Virus record (IMG/VR): IMGVR_UViG_3300035492_000180
Location: 1,353-65,352 of that record
DNA: 64,000 nucleotides
Source: a virus
Reading direction: 5' to 3' (one strand)
In this document: in pieces, positions 47,707-57,721 of the stretch
How positions within the stretch are numbered: the stretch's first letter is position 1
Layout: every line of letters starts with the position of its first letter
Notes under the pieces: model-generated
Databases searched by the model: none
Seen by the model: the letters and a program-made list of their open reading frames with translations, nothing else
What the model was told of the DNA's origin: nothing
Program-made: the position numbers and the translations under genes

Positions 47707-49611
47707 ATGAGTAGATATATTTGGGATATTGAAGGGGATAATCTCCTTAAAACTGTGTCTGTCGTATGGTGTCACGTATTTAAGAATATAGACACTGGAG
47801 AGATTATCAAACTGCGGCCAGGGGATATGCGCTGGAAGGAGATAATTAACACTGCAAAATTGATTGCTGGCCACAATATCATTTCTTACGACTTCAAAGT
47901 TCTTGAGAAACTTTATAACTATAAACGCCCTAAGAACCTTGTTGTGCATGATACACTTATCATGTCTCTAGTGCTGGACTATAACAAGTTTCCGGGTGGT
48001 CGGCACTCATTGGAGAACTGGGGTTTGTCGCTCGGTTATCCAAAGATTGAATTCGATGAATTCGATGAATTCTCTGAAAAGATGCTGGCGTACTGCGAAG
48101 GTGACGTTGAGCTAAACTACCGTGTCTATCTGAAGTTACTCGAAACACTGAAGAGACAAGCAGAAAAGAACCCTCAAATCAAAACTTACCTACGTGTAGA
48201 GCATGCAGTTGCGGAATGGTGTGCGCAAGCGGAGTTACATGGTTGGCCTTTTGATGTTGAGAAGGCAAAAGCACTGTTTGAAACGATGAGCAATGAGAAG
48301 GAAAAGGCTGAAGCAGCAATCACTCCCATGCTTGGTCTCAAAGTAATTGCAGTAGATAAAAGCAAAGGTGTGGTAGAAGCTAAGTCGCCTAAATGGACAA
48401 AGAAAGGGGATTACGCAGCACATACAGCAAACTGGTTTAACATTGATCCTTTTCTAGGCCAAGATCCGGATGACCTTGATGGTCTCACCGCTGAAGAAAA
48501 GAAAATCTTTAGACCGATACTTGGAGATTTTTGTCGTGTAGAGTTTGAACCTCTTAAACTATCCTCTACAGATGACGTAAAGTTGTTTCTGTTCAGGAAT
48601 GGGTGGGAGCCTACAGAGTTCAACTGGAAGCGCAATCCTGATACTGGCGAGATGGTTAAGATGTCACCAAAGATCACGGAAGACGACCTCACAGCGCTGA
48701 AGGGACATGGTAAGCTATACTCTGATTATATGTCAACAAGCTCGCGTTTTAACATTCTAAAGACATGGCTTGAAGAAGTAGACGAGGATGGTAACTTACA
48801 TGGCTCTTGCTTTACAATTGGCACACCGTCAATGAGAGCAAGACATTCTATCATTGTAAACGTCCCATCGGTTGATGCACCATGGGGTAAAGAGATGCGT
48901 GACCTCTTTATTACTGAACCCGGCTGGACGCTTATTGGTTCAGACAGCGCAGGAAACCAAGCACGTGGTTTGGCACATTACTTGAAGTCAGAGCAATATA
49001 TTGATCTTCTGCTTAATGGTGATGTCCATTCATTCAATGCTGAAAAAGCCACAGAAGTGTTGAAATCCATGGGCATGAACAAGGTAGTTGAACGAGGCCA
49101 AGCAAAGCGAATTCTGTACGCGTTTCTCTTTGGAGCATCTGGAAAGAAACTTTGGTCGTATATCTTTGGAACAATGGACGAAAAGAAGGGCGCTAAGTTT
49201 AAGAAAGGTTTTACTTCTGCTGTTCCAGGATTTGAGGCTCTTCTGAAAAAGTTGGAAAATATTTATGGATCTACAAAGCAATACGGAACAGGTTACATTC
49301 CGGGTATTGGAGGAAACAGAATCTATGTAGATAGCTTTCACAAACTTCTTGTCTATCTTCTGCAGTCTTGCGAGAAGGCAACATGTGGTGCAGCTACAAT
49401 GTTGACAATGCAACAGCTCGAAGAGGAGAACATTCCTTACAGGTCGCATATTTTTATGCATGATGAAATTCAGTTCTCCGTGCCTGATGAGTTCGCACCA
49501 AGGGCTGCAGAAATTGCAAAGAACAGCTTCAAAGAAGGACCGAAGCTCTTTGGTGTAGAAATCATGGATGGAGAGTCCAAGATTGGACGTTCCTGGTACG
49601 AGACACACTAA
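47707..49611 (+). CDS. family A DNA polymerase (T7-like) with 3'-5' exonuclease
   Basis: WDIE, GHNIISYD, HDTL, YCEGDV; motif A DSAGNQAR; motif B AKRILYAFLFG; motif C HDE. Confidence 0.95.
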   Translation: MSRYIWDIEGDNLLKTVSVVWCHVFKNIDTGEIIKLRPGDMRWKEIINTAKLIAGHNIISYDFKVLEKLYNYKRPKNLVVHDTLIMSLVLDYNKFPGGRHSLENWGLSLGYPKIEFDEFDEFSEKMLAYCEGDVELNYRVYLKLLETLKRQAEKNPQIKTYLRVEHAVAEWCAQAELHGWPFDVEKAKALFETMSNEKEKAEAAITPMLGLKVIAVDKSKGVVEAKSPKWTKKGDYAAHTANWFNIDPFLGQDPDDLDGLTAEEKKIFRPILGDFCRVEFEPLKLSSTDDVKLFLFRNGWEPTEFNWKRNPDTGEMVKMSPKITEDDLTALKGHGKLYSDYMSTSSRFNILKTWLEEVDEDGNLHGSCFTIGTPSMRARHSIIVNVPSVDAPWGKEMRDLFITEPGWTLIGSDSAGNQARGLAHYLKSEQYIDLLLNGDVHSFNAEKATEVLKSMGMNKVVERGQAKRILYAFLFGASGKKLWSYIFGTMDEKKGAKFKKGFTSAVPGFEALLKKLENIYGSTKQYGTGYIPGIGGNRIYVDSFHKLLVYLLQSCEKATCGAATMLTMQQLEEENIPYRSHIFMHDEIQFSVPDEFAPRAAEIAKNSFKEGPKLFGVEIMDGESKIGRSWYETH

Positions 49612-49994
49612 TGCCTTATTGTTATCAATGCGATAAAGAGGTTGCATATCTCTTCGGAGATTCCAGAGGTGCATGTTGCACCCGATTGACAGTAGAAGAA
49701 GTTACAGGAGAACATAAAATGGCTGCAAAAGACTACGTGGACGAGTTTGAAGGTATGGAAGAGATGCAAGAAGTCGAGTATGCTGTTCAAGTAAAGTTCA
49801 AGTACAAAGATGGCTGGAGCCGATCTTATACTTACAAGAGCATAAAGCCTTATAAGAAGTACGATATTGTAATTGTTCCAACAAATGATTTCTACAATAT
49901 CGGAAAGGTTTTCTCCTGCAAGGAAGCCGAACCTTCTGATTTTCTTCCTGGTATTGAGTACAAATACGTTATCACGAAGCTGGAGCTGGAATGA
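49611..49994 (+). CDS. hypothetical protein(s); possibly two genes, the second starting at MAAKDY
   Basis: ORF track; internal AGGAG before the second ATG. Confidence 0.45.
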   Translation: MPYCYQCDKEVAYLFGDSRGACCTRLTVEEVTGEHKMAAKDYVDEFEGMEEMQEVEYAVQVKFKYKDGWSRSYTYKSIKPYKKYDIVIVPTNDFYNIGKVFSCKEAEPSDFLPGIEYKYVITKLELE

Positions 49995-50275
49995 ATATCA
50001 AACAACATCTTTTTCTTCTCTTGATGGAAGAGTGTGGTGAAGTTGCGCAAGCAGCTTCGAAGTGTGTAAGGTTTACACCCGAGCATGCTCCTGCTGAGAA
50101 GCCTACAAACTTTGAGAACCTTGTGGTAGAATTCAACGATCTCATTGCAATCATCGAGTTGTTGCAAGAAGAGGGTTTACATCTTGAGAGGATCGATCAC
50201 CTTGTGAATGAGAAGAAAGAACGCCTAAGGAAGTTTATTCAAATCTCAAAGGATATGGGAACTCTATGCACGTAA
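49991..50275 (+). CDS. MazG-like nucleotide pyrophosphohydrolase
   Basis: LMEECGEVAQAASK..E.NDL motif. Confidence 0.7.
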   Translation: MNIKQHLFLLLMEECGEVAQAASKCVRFTPEHAPAEKPTNFENLVVEFNDLIAIIELLQEEGLHLERIDHLVNEKKERLRKFIQISKDMGTLCT

Positions 50276-50493
50276 TTCTAATTCACGGCAGAAAGCCGAC
50301 TGTAGCTTTGGTAGATAGTCTTGATAATCTTCCTTGTAGCTATGAAGAAATTGTTACATCGGAAGATGCAAGAAAAATTAGTACGAACAAGGAACTGCAA
50401 AGCCAACTTCAAAACATCTTCAAAGAAGTTCTTGGTTTGCACGGTATTCACGTAAGGCTGCCAAATGATCCTGGTAAAGACAACAAAGTATAA
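50266..50493 (+). CDS. hypothetical protein (may continue in another frame)
   Basis: 75-aa ORF; downstream frame 50465-50677 also looks coding. Confidence 0.4.
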   Translation: MHVILIHGRKPTVALVDSLDNLPCSYEEIVTSEDARKISTNKELQSQLQNIFKEVLGLHGIHVRLPNDPGKDNKV

Positions 50494-50677
50494 GCTCGTA
50501 AAGAAGACAACAGTAAAGGACTTCAGAGAAAATGCATTCAAGTTCTATGAGTATTATCTAGTCTCTGAAAGCACTTCTGACTTTCCAATACCTGTCTATT
50601 TCAATTATGCATACATTTGTAGTCTAAGGGGTAATCGACAAATTTACTTATGGAATGTATCGAAGAGGATAGTCTAC

Positions 50678-51634
50678 ATGTTGTTGCTAATTGATGGAGA
50701 TGTTCTTGCATATATGGCATGTAAAGAAAGGAAGTCCACGAAAGGGGGTTTTGATGATGAAGACGCTAGCTATTCTTTAAAGGAAGACGAAGACTACCTT
50801 GAAGAGTCTTGGAAAAATTTCTTAAAGCTGTTGAATGATATATGCGAGACACATTGGTCTCCTGATTATCTTATGGCTGTAAAATCATCTTTTAACTTCA
50901 GGAACTTGCTTTATTCTGACTATAAGATGAATCGACATAAAGATATGTCGAAGACGAACAAGTTTGTTACTTTGATACGAAAGAGAGCTGTAGAAGAGTC
51001 TCTTGCAATTGAGGCATTTAATCGGGAGGCTGATGACTTTTTAAGAATGTGGTCTCATCAAGCCACAGCAGCAGGCGATGCTTATACAGTTGTGTCTAAT
51101 GACAAGGATTTGTTTTGTATTCCTGGGAAACACTATAATCCTAAGACAGGGGTGACAAAGACTGTTGGGCATTTTGAGGCTAAGAAACATTTTTATGAAC
51201 AACTGTTAAAAGGTGATAATGTAGATAATATTCCTGGCATCCCTGGAATCGGGCCTAAAAAGGCAGAAGCAGCTCTATTTTCATGTATTAATGAAAACGA
51301 CATGCAAGAAGTTGTAGTCGATACGTACATTAATTACTATGAAGAAAAATGGTATGACATGCTTCTATCGAATGGAAAGATGTTGTACCTCAGTAAGCAT
51401 TATGATGATTTCTTCACGATTTCAGACTGGCCTGTTGTGGCTGAGATTCTTCCATTCCTTGTAGAGTCTCTGTTCAAAAAGCCTAAAGAAGAAAAGAAAG
51501 AAGCTTTAAATACACCTAAGATAACACCGAGAGTACCTCCAAAATTCTCTCCACCTGTTGTAAGTAATAATGTCAAGCCTTCAATAGAAACAGCAGAAGT
51601 CTCTGTAAAGAAATTTAAGGTACCTGGAAAATGA
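50678..51634 (+). CDS. 5'-3' exonuclease (T7 gp6 / RNase H FEN family)
   Basis: LIDGD, YKMNR, EADD, NDKDL, GDNVDNIPGIPGIGPKKA; start placed at ATG 50678 after GAGG. Confidence 0.9.
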   Translation: MLLLIDGDVLAYMACKERKSTKGGFDDEDASYSLKEDEDYLEESWKNFLKLLNDICETHWSPDYLMAVKSSFNFRNLLYSDYKMNRHKDMSKTNKFVTLIRKRAVEESLAIEAFNREADDFLRMWSHQATAAGDAYTVVSNDKDLFCIPGKHYNPKTGVTKTVGHFEAKKHFYEQLLKGDNVDNIPGIPGIGPKKAEAALFSCINENDMQEVVVDTYINYYEEKWYDMLLSNGKMLYLSKHYDDFFTISDWPVVAEILPFLVESLFKKPKEEKKEALNTPKITPRVPPKFSPPVVSNNVKPSIETAEVSVKKFKVPGK

Positions 51635-51816
51635 AAAGATACTTCAAACATATCAAGACCGGCAATATTTATAAAATGCTGCATGAGTGTCTTGAATGCA
51701 CAAATGGTCGAGAAAACAAAGAATACATTGCATACGTCGAAGCTGATGATGTAGATCATGTAGATGTGTTTGTTCGTGAGCGTGACGAATTCTTTAAGAA
51801 ATTTGAGGAAGTCTGA
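51631..51816 (+). CDS. DUF1653-like protein
   Basis: YFKHIKTGNIY..YV..VFVRERDEF..KFE. Confidence 0.7.
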   Translation: MKRYFKHIKTGNIYKMLHECLECTNGRENKEYIAYVEADDVDHVDVFVRERDEFFKKFEEV

Positions 51817-51839
51817 TATGAAGAAATTAAAGGAGTACT

Positions 51840-52445
51840 ATGGCGATACCAAAAATTCGAAAAGTCCTTGTGGATGAAAATGGAAATATTTTAGAAAAGC
51901 GTGTTACAAAACTTCCTGATGATGTTGCAAAGAAACCTAAAGCACCGCGCATCTATAAAGCTGCTGACTTGCTTGCAGAATCTGCAACACCTCGTGTTAG
52001 GATAAACAAAGCAGCTCTTGGCCCTAATGGTCATTGGGATTTTCCTGAAGTGCTTGACTCTGAAAAAGCATTTGGATTTATTTACCTAATACATGACACT
52101 ATCGAGAACAAGTTTTATCTTGGTAAAAAGCAATTCAGGGGTACAGGAAAGCTAAATAAAGGAGAAGAGAGTAATTGGAAGTACTACACTTCTTCCTGTA
52201 AAGAGCTTGTCGCCTCAATAAAGAGAAATGGCAAGGAACTGTTTAAGTTCTATGCTCTTGAGCAGTACTATAAAAGAGGTACTCTTGGGTATGCAGAAAC
52301 TTGGTCTCTTTGTATGGTGGAAGCACTTGCGAATAGAGACAAATGGCACAATGGTCTTATAAATAAAGTATCCTGGACTATTACAGAATCTATCACTGAT
52401 AGACATAAAAAGCGACTCAGTGAAATAACCGGAATAAAGTTATGA
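51840..52445 (+). CDS. putative GIY-YIG (Seg-like) endonuclease
   Basis: GFIYLI..KFYLGKK..W..Y..S motif. Confidence 0.65.
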   Translation: MAIPKIRKVLVDENGNILEKRVTKLPDDVAKKPKAPRIYKAADLLAESATPRVRINKAALGPNGHWDFPEVLDSEKAFGFIYLIHDTIENKFYLGKKQFRGTGKLNKGEESNWKYYTSSCKELVASIKRNGKELFKFYALEQYYKRGTLGYAETWSLCMVEALANRDKWHNGLINKVSWTITESITDRHKKRLSEITGIKL

Positions 52446-52624
52446 AATTTATTGCTCAGCTAGTTTTCTCTATTGTTGCAGTATTTGCGCTTGTAGCTTT
52501 CTTTGCTTCTGGATATAATCTTGTAATGGAGGTGCCTGTGAATGAGTGGACATATAAAGAATTTTTCTTTGCCGGATTTAATTTGATGATTCTAGCTGTT
52601 TTTATCAAGGCCTTCAATGAATGA
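52442..52624 (+). CDS. small membrane protein
   Basis: Two hydrophobic segments. Confidence 0.5.
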   Translation: MKFIAQLVFSIVAVFALVAFFASGYNLVMEVPVNEWTYKEFFFAGFNLMILAVFIKAFNE

Positions 52625-55248
52625 AACCTACGAAAGGCAAAGTAGTTCTTTCACACCAACCTTGTGAATGTGGAAGTTCTGACGCAAGAAATATTTTTGA
52701 GGATGGCGGAAGTTTTTGCTGGTCTTGTAAGAAATCTTTTCCTCCTGATGGTGCTGCAAAAATGATCAAAAAACCTCCATCTTTATCAAGATCGCAGTTT
52801 GCCTGGCTAACGCTTGAAGAGGTTGAAGAGCTCCCTGTAAGAGGTTTTAAAGCACGTGGAGTAACAAAAGTAGTATGCGAGTTCTTCGGCGTAAAAAGTG
52901 CCTTTGATGATGAAGGTGAAATCGCTTACAAATGCTACCCTTACCAAAAGTCTGATAGCACTTATGCGTACAAGATACGCAAAATGCCGAAAGAGTTTCA
53001 ATGGATCAATGGTAGTGGAAAAGTATTTGGAAAAGAGCTGTTTGCTCCCGGAGGAAAACGTCTTGTAATCTGTGAAGGAGAGGAAGACGCCCTTGCAGTA
53101 GCTCAGGCATCAATGACAAGGTGGGGAAAAATCTATCCTGTCATTGCTTTACCTTCAGCTGCCTCAGTAGATAATCTCTTAGAAATACGGGAGTGGCTAA
53201 GATCTTTTAAAGAAGTTGTTCTTTGTATGGACAACGACGATGCAGGTAAGGAGGCGCTTTCTAAAGCCATCAAGATTGTTGGCATCGACAAGGCTCGTAT
53301 TCCTGTCTTCCCAACGGACTGCAAAGATCCTTCAGACGTCCTAGTGAAGCTTGGTTCAGAAGCTTTGAATCAAATGATCTGGGATGCGGCAGCTTATACA
53401 CCTGCAGGAATCATTACGAAGGAGAACCTTTGGAACGCTCTTGTAAACTATAACAACACACCATCTGTCCCTTATCCAGATTGTCTAAGCGGAGTTAATG
53501 AAAAGACAAAGGGTATGCGTCTAGGAGAGATCGCACTGTACGTATCTGGGACAGGTTGCTTGGCCAAAGATACTGAAGTGCTTATGCACAACGGCTCTCT
53601 GATTAAGGCTCAAGATGTGAAAGTAGGAGATCTACTTATTGGTCCTGACAGTATGCCAAGAACAGTTCTGCGTCTGTACAGAGGTAGGGAACCGATGGCA
53701 CGTATAACTTTAAGAGACGGCTCTTCATTTGTGTGCAATCAGTCTCACATTATTTCGGTTGTCAATAATGACCACGAAGGTAGATGGGGTTTACAAAAAG
53801 GTGAAATTGTTGATGTAAAGGTTACAGATTATCTGAAATGGTCTGCAAAGAGGAAGCATTTATCTAAAGCATTTAAAACAAAAGCACTTCTCTTTGAAGA
53901 AAGGAGAATCAAAACACTACACCCATATATTTTGGGTGTTTGGCTTGGAGATGGTAGCAAAGATAGCGCTGTTATATCTTGCCATGAAAGTAATATTGCG
54001 GTCATTGATAAACTAAAATATCTTGGCCTTAATATCTACAAAGGCTCTAATGAGTTTGCGTGGAACTCTCCTGGCGGTCTTAGGGAAGATCTTCAGAGAA
54101 TTAACGTGTTTAAAAACAAACACATACCAGAGGAATACTTAGTAGCTTGTATCGAAGACAGATTAGAGCTTTTGGCCGGTCTCTTAGATACAGACGGTTG
54201 CTATGACGATACAAAAAACATGTATGAGTTCTCTCAAAAAAGCTTAGACTTTACATTACAGGTTAAGCGTCTCGCAGAATCTCTAGGCTTTGCCTGCTCC
54301 TTAGGAAAACAAAAAAATAACAAATTTGGAAATTGTTACAGACTATGGATAAGCGGTGAACATCTAGAGAGCATTCCTGTCGCTCTCTCATATAAGAAGG
54401 CAAGAGCAAGAAAACAAATAAAAGACCCTAATAGATATTCTTTTACTGTAGAATTGCTACCGGAAGATGACTTCTATGGCTTTGAGGTAGATGGTGACAA
54501 TCGCTATGTATTAGGTAATTTTATCGTAACCCACAACTCAGGGAAGTCGTCCTTGATTCGTGAAATTATCTATCATCTTTTAAAAACAACAGACGCTAAG
54601 ATCGGCCTTGTTGCACTTGAAGAGGCACCGGCAGAGTCAGCAAGAAAGCTAGCAGGGCTAGCGCTTAGTAGAAATCCAGCAGCTGAAGAAATTCCTATTG
54701 AAGAGCTTCAAGTAGGCTTTGAGGAAGTCTTTGGAGAAGACAGGGTAGTAGTTCTAGACCATCAGGGCTCGATGAATGATGACTCTATTGTTGATCTGCT
54801 GGAATACATGTGTCTGATTGGGTGTAAATACTTGTTTATAGACCACTTGACAATCCTTATCTCGGAGGGTGTCGAGGGTTTGACAGGGCTTGAAGCACAA
54901 GATAAGACCATGAACAATCTACTTAGGATTGTGAAGAGGCATGATGTTCATATTGGTCTTGTGTCGCACTTGAGAAAGACACCTAACTCAGGCAAGTCTT
55001 TCGAAGATGGTAAGATGCCTAATCTCGATGATATTCGAGGTTCAGGTTCAACGAAGCAAATTTCAATGGATATCATTGCATTTGCAAGAAACATGAATGC
55101 TGCGGAAGCAATAGAGAGAAACACAATTAAAATAGCTGTACTAAAATGCCGACACACTGGTCTTACTGGGCCAGCTAAAGGCGCTATCTATGATTTCCAA
55201 ACCGGTCGACTACAGTCTGTTGATGTCGCCGAATTTGATATTCTTTGA
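52621..55248 (+). CDS. T7 gp4-like primase-helicase containing an intein
   Basis: Zn finger CECG..CWSC; TOPRIM ICEGEEDA and DNDDAG; Walker A GTG|SGKS after intein removal; IDHL, LVSHL, RGSG. Confidence 0.93.
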   Translation: MKPTKGKVVLSHQPCECGSSDARNIFEDGGSFCWSCKKSFPPDGAAKMIKKPPSLSRSQFAWLTLEEVEELPVRGFKARGVTKVVCEFFGVKSAFDDEGEIAYKCYPYQKSDSTYAYKIRKMPKEFQWINGSGKVFGKELFAPGGKRLVICEGEEDALAVAQASMTRWGKIYPVIALPSAASVDNLLEIREWLRSFKEVVLCMDNDDAGKEALSKAIKIVGIDKARIPVFPTDCKDPSDVLVKLGSEALNQMIWDAAAYTPAGIITKENLWNALVNYNNTPSVPYPDCLSGVNEKTKGMRLGEIALYVSGTGCLAKDTEVLMHNGSLIKAQDVKVGDLLIGPDSMPRTVLRLYRGREPMARITLRDGSSFVCNQSHIISVVNNDHEGRWGLQKGEIVDVKVTDYLKWSAKRKHLSKAFKTKALLFEERRIKTLHPYILGVWLGDGSKDSAVISCHESNIAVIDKLKYLGLNIYKGSNEFAWNSPGGLREDLQRINVFKNKHIPEEYLVACIEDRLELLAGLLDTDGCYDDTKNMYEFSQKSLDFTLQVKRLAESLGFACSLGKQKNNKFGNCYRLWISGEHLESIPVALSYKKARARKQIKDPNRYSFTVELLPEDDFYGFEVDGDNRYVLGNFIVTHNSGKSSLIREIIYHLLKTTDAKIGLVALEEAPAESARKLAGLALSRNPAAEEIPIEELQVGFEEVFGEDRVVVLDHQGSMNDDSIVDLLEYMCLIGCKYLFIDHLTILISEGVEGLTGLEAQDKTMNNLLRIVKRHDVHIGLVSHLRKTPNSGKSFEDGKMPNLDDIRGSGSTKQISMDIIAFARNMNAAEAIERNTIKIAVLKCRHTGLTGPAKGAIYDFQTGRLQSVDVAEFDIL
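53557..54537 (+). mobile_element. intein (327 aa) with LAGLIDADG homing endonuclease, in the helicase P-loop
   Basis: Begins CLAKDTEVLM, ends IVTHN followed by Ser; LGVWLGDG and LLAGLLDTDG blocks. Confidence 0.95.
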
Positions 55249-55259
55249 AAAGGAAAAAT

Positions 55260-57182
55260 ATGCTTGAATTGAAAGATCTTCCGGAAATTGAAACTCCTTG
55301 GAGCACTGTCGGCTATCTGGTATATAAGAGGACATATGCTCGAAAGATGCCTGATTCACAAGCTACGGAAGAATTTCGTGATACGGTACTTCGTGTAATT
55401 AATGCATGTGATAAACAGCTAAAAGTTGGCTTCACTCGGGCTGAAGAAATTCGCCTTGCACGCTATATGCTCCAGCTGAAAGGCTCTGTTGCCGGGCGTT
55501 TCTGGTGGCAGCTTGGTACTGAGACTGTTAATCGCTTTGGTCTTCTTAGTCTTCAAAACTGCGCAAGTACTGTCATTGATCATCCTATTCGCCCTTTCTG
55601 CTGGGCAATGGATGCCTTGGCGCTTGGTAGTGGTGTAGGTTATTCTATTCAGCGTCAATATGTCGACAAGCTTCCTGAAGTGAAAGAATGGTTCAAGGCA
55701 CCTACACGTTTTGATGATGGAGGCGCTGACTTCATTGTCCCTGATTCTCGTGAAGGTTGGGTGAAGCTCCTTGGAAAGACTCTGAAGGCAGCATTCTTGT
55801 CTGATTCCGAGGAGAAAGGAACTTTCACATTCTCGACTCAAGTCATCCGAGGAAAGGGTACTCCTATTAAGGGTTTCGGTGGTGTTGCGTCTGGACCTGA
55901 AGATCTTTGCTGGGGCATCCAGAAGATCAGTGAGATTCTGATGAAGAGGCGTGGGAAGAAGGTTAGACCTATCGACTGCCTTGACATTATGAATATTATT
56001 GGTGCAATTATTGTGGCAGGCAATGTACGTCGCTCTGCACAGATCGCAATCGGTGATCCGGATGATGTTGAGTTTCTGCTGGCAAAACGTTGGGATCTTG
56101 GAAACATCCCTTCTTGGCGTGGTATGAGTAACAATAGTGTTGCTTGTGATGATCTTGAGGATCTTCACCCGCTATTCTGGGAAACTTATACTGGCTCATC
56201 GGAGCCTTATGGTCTTATCAATCTCCGTCTGTCTCGAAAGGTCGGCAGGCTCGGGGAAACGGATTATCCAGATCCCTTGGTAACCGGCTACAATCCGTGC
56301 GCGGAGCAGAGCTTGGAACCATACGAGACTTGCTGCCTTAGTGAAATTTTCCTGCCAAACATTAAGAGTAAAGAAGAGCTTCTCGATATGATTATCCTGC
56401 TCTATCGCATCAACAAACATTCGTTAATGCTGCCTTGTCATCATCCTGAGACAGACGCTGTCGTGTTTAAGAATATGCGCATGGGTATCGGCATGACGGG
56501 TATTATGCAAGCAAGCGAAGAGCAACTGTCTTGGCTTGATGAATGCTACAAGGAACTTCGAAACTACGACGAAGAGTATTCTGAAGAAAACGGTATGAAT
56601 CCGAGTATCAAGCTCACTACTGTTAAACCTTCAGGCACCTTGTCTCTTCTTCCCGGTGTTACTCCTGGGATTCACCCCGCATACTCTCAGTACATGTATC
56701 GTCGTATTCGCATGGCGTCGGATCATGCACTTGTTGAGCTGTGCAGGAAGGCCGGATATCCTATTGAGTTCCAAAAGAACTTTGATGGAAGCGAGGACAA
56801 AGGTACTGTTGTAGTGACGTTCCCTTTCAGCTATCCTGAAGGCACAATTCTTGCAAAAGACATGACTGCCTTGGAACAGTTGGCTTGGATCAAGCGTCTG
56901 CAAACAATCTGGAGCGACAATAGTGTAAGTTGTACAATCTATTACAAGAAAGAAGAGCTTCCTGAAATCAAAGAATATCTTGCAAAGAACTATCGTAACA
57001 ACCATAAATCACTCTCCTTCTTACTCCATAGCGAACATGGCTTCTTGCAAGCGCCTATTGAAGAAATTACTGAAGAAGAATATATCAGGCTCAGCACTGT
57101 GACTCACATGATCAGCAGTGTAGATAATGCTGACTTCGAAGGCGTGGATGAATGTGCAGGCGGCGCTTGCCCTATTAAGTAA
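55260..57182 (+). CDS. nrdJ: class II (B12-dependent, monomeric RTPR-type) ribonucleotide reductase
   Basis: SLQNC, GNVRRSA, NPCAEQSLE..TCCLSE, TTVKPSGT, C-terminal CAGGACPIK; no nrdB seen in the window. Confidence 0.9.
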   Translation: MLELKDLPEIETPWSTVGYLVYKRTYARKMPDSQATEEFRDTVLRVINACDKQLKVGFTRAEEIRLARYMLQLKGSVAGRFWWQLGTETVNRFGLLSLQNCASTVIDHPIRPFCWAMDALALGSGVGYSIQRQYVDKLPEVKEWFKAPTRFDDGGADFIVPDSREGWVKLLGKTLKAAFLSDSEEKGTFTFSTQVIRGKGTPIKGFGGVASGPEDLCWGIQKISEILMKRRGKKVRPIDCLDIMNIIGAIIVAGNVRRSAQIAIGDPDDVEFLLAKRWDLGNIPSWRGMSNNSVACDDLEDLHPLFWETYTGSSEPYGLINLRLSRKVGRLGETDYPDPLVTGYNPCAEQSLEPYETCCLSEIFLPNIKSKEELLDMIILLYRINKHSLMLPCHHPETDAVVFKNMRMGIGMTGIMQASEEQLSWLDECYKELRNYDEEYSEENGMNPSIKLTTVKPSGTLSLLPGVTPGIHPAYSQYMYRRIRMASDHALVELCRKAGYPIEFQKNFDGSEDKGTVVVTFPFSYPEGTILAKDMTALEQLAWIKRLQTIWSDNSVSCTIYYKKEELPEIKEYLAKNYRNNHKSLSFLLHSEHGFLQAPIEEITEEEYIRLSTVTHMISSVDNADFEGVDECAGGACPIK

Positions 57183-57197
57183 TTAGTTTCACAACAG

Positions 57198-57226
57198 CCC
57201 CTGGGACATAACTCCCAGGGGTTTTT
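57198..57226 (+). terminator. intrinsic terminator
   Basis: cccctggga-cataac-tcccagggg-ttttt. Confidence 0.75.
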
Positions 57227-57242
57227 AACAGAGGAGCCTTAA

Positions 57243-57452
57243 ATGGTACTAGTTTTCTTCGTACTCTTTTATTTATACGTCATTTATCTTATGGTAACAT
57301 GGATGCACCTAGAACTGTCTTACAGTCAATGGGAGTATTATGTTCAAAAATACTTCAACGGCACTAAATATGAATCGCTGGAAGCTCTACATTCAGCAGA
57401 GAAATCTTATGACATGCTTGTAAAATCTTGGGGCTTTAAAAAGGAGAGTTAA
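57243..57452 (+). CDS. small membrane protein
   Basis: N-terminal hydrophobic helix; GAGGAG RBS. Confidence 0.5.
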   Translation: MVLVFFVLFYLYVIYLMVTWMHLELSYSQWEYYVQKYFNGTKYESLEALHSAEKSYDMLVKSWGFKKES

Positions 57453-57453
57453 A

Positions 57454-57627
57454 ATGAAAATACTTTATTCCAAACTTAATTGTCCCGGTTGTGTTGTAAA
57501 AAAGAATGAGCTCATTAAAGAAGGCGTGGATTTCAAAGAGATCAAGATTGGGGTAGATATCTCAGTTGATGAATTCTTCCAGAAATACCCTGATGTCCGC
57601 TCTGTCCCTTTTGTAGTAGAGGAGTAA
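57454..57627 (+). CDS. glutaredoxin/NrdH-like redoxin (57 aa, missing from ORF track)
   Basis: Manual translation: MKILYSKLNCPGC..RSVPFV; CxxC and cis-Pro motifs; near nrdJ. Confidence 0.8.
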   Translation: MKILYSKLNCPGCVVKKNELIKEGVDFKEIKIGVDISVDEFFQKYPDVRSVPFVVEE

Positions 57628-57721
57628 TCATGCTGCCTAATACTTCTACTATCTTTTTAGAAAATTCCGCTATGAGTTTAATGAAAATGGTGGAAATATC
57701 TATGAGAAGAATATATTAGTC

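Noticed and set aside
50465-50677. N-terminal extension of the exonuclease shown in the ORF track
   Set aside because: The exonuclease motif starts at ATG 50678, which has its own RBS. The upstream frame more likely belongs to the previous gene via an indel
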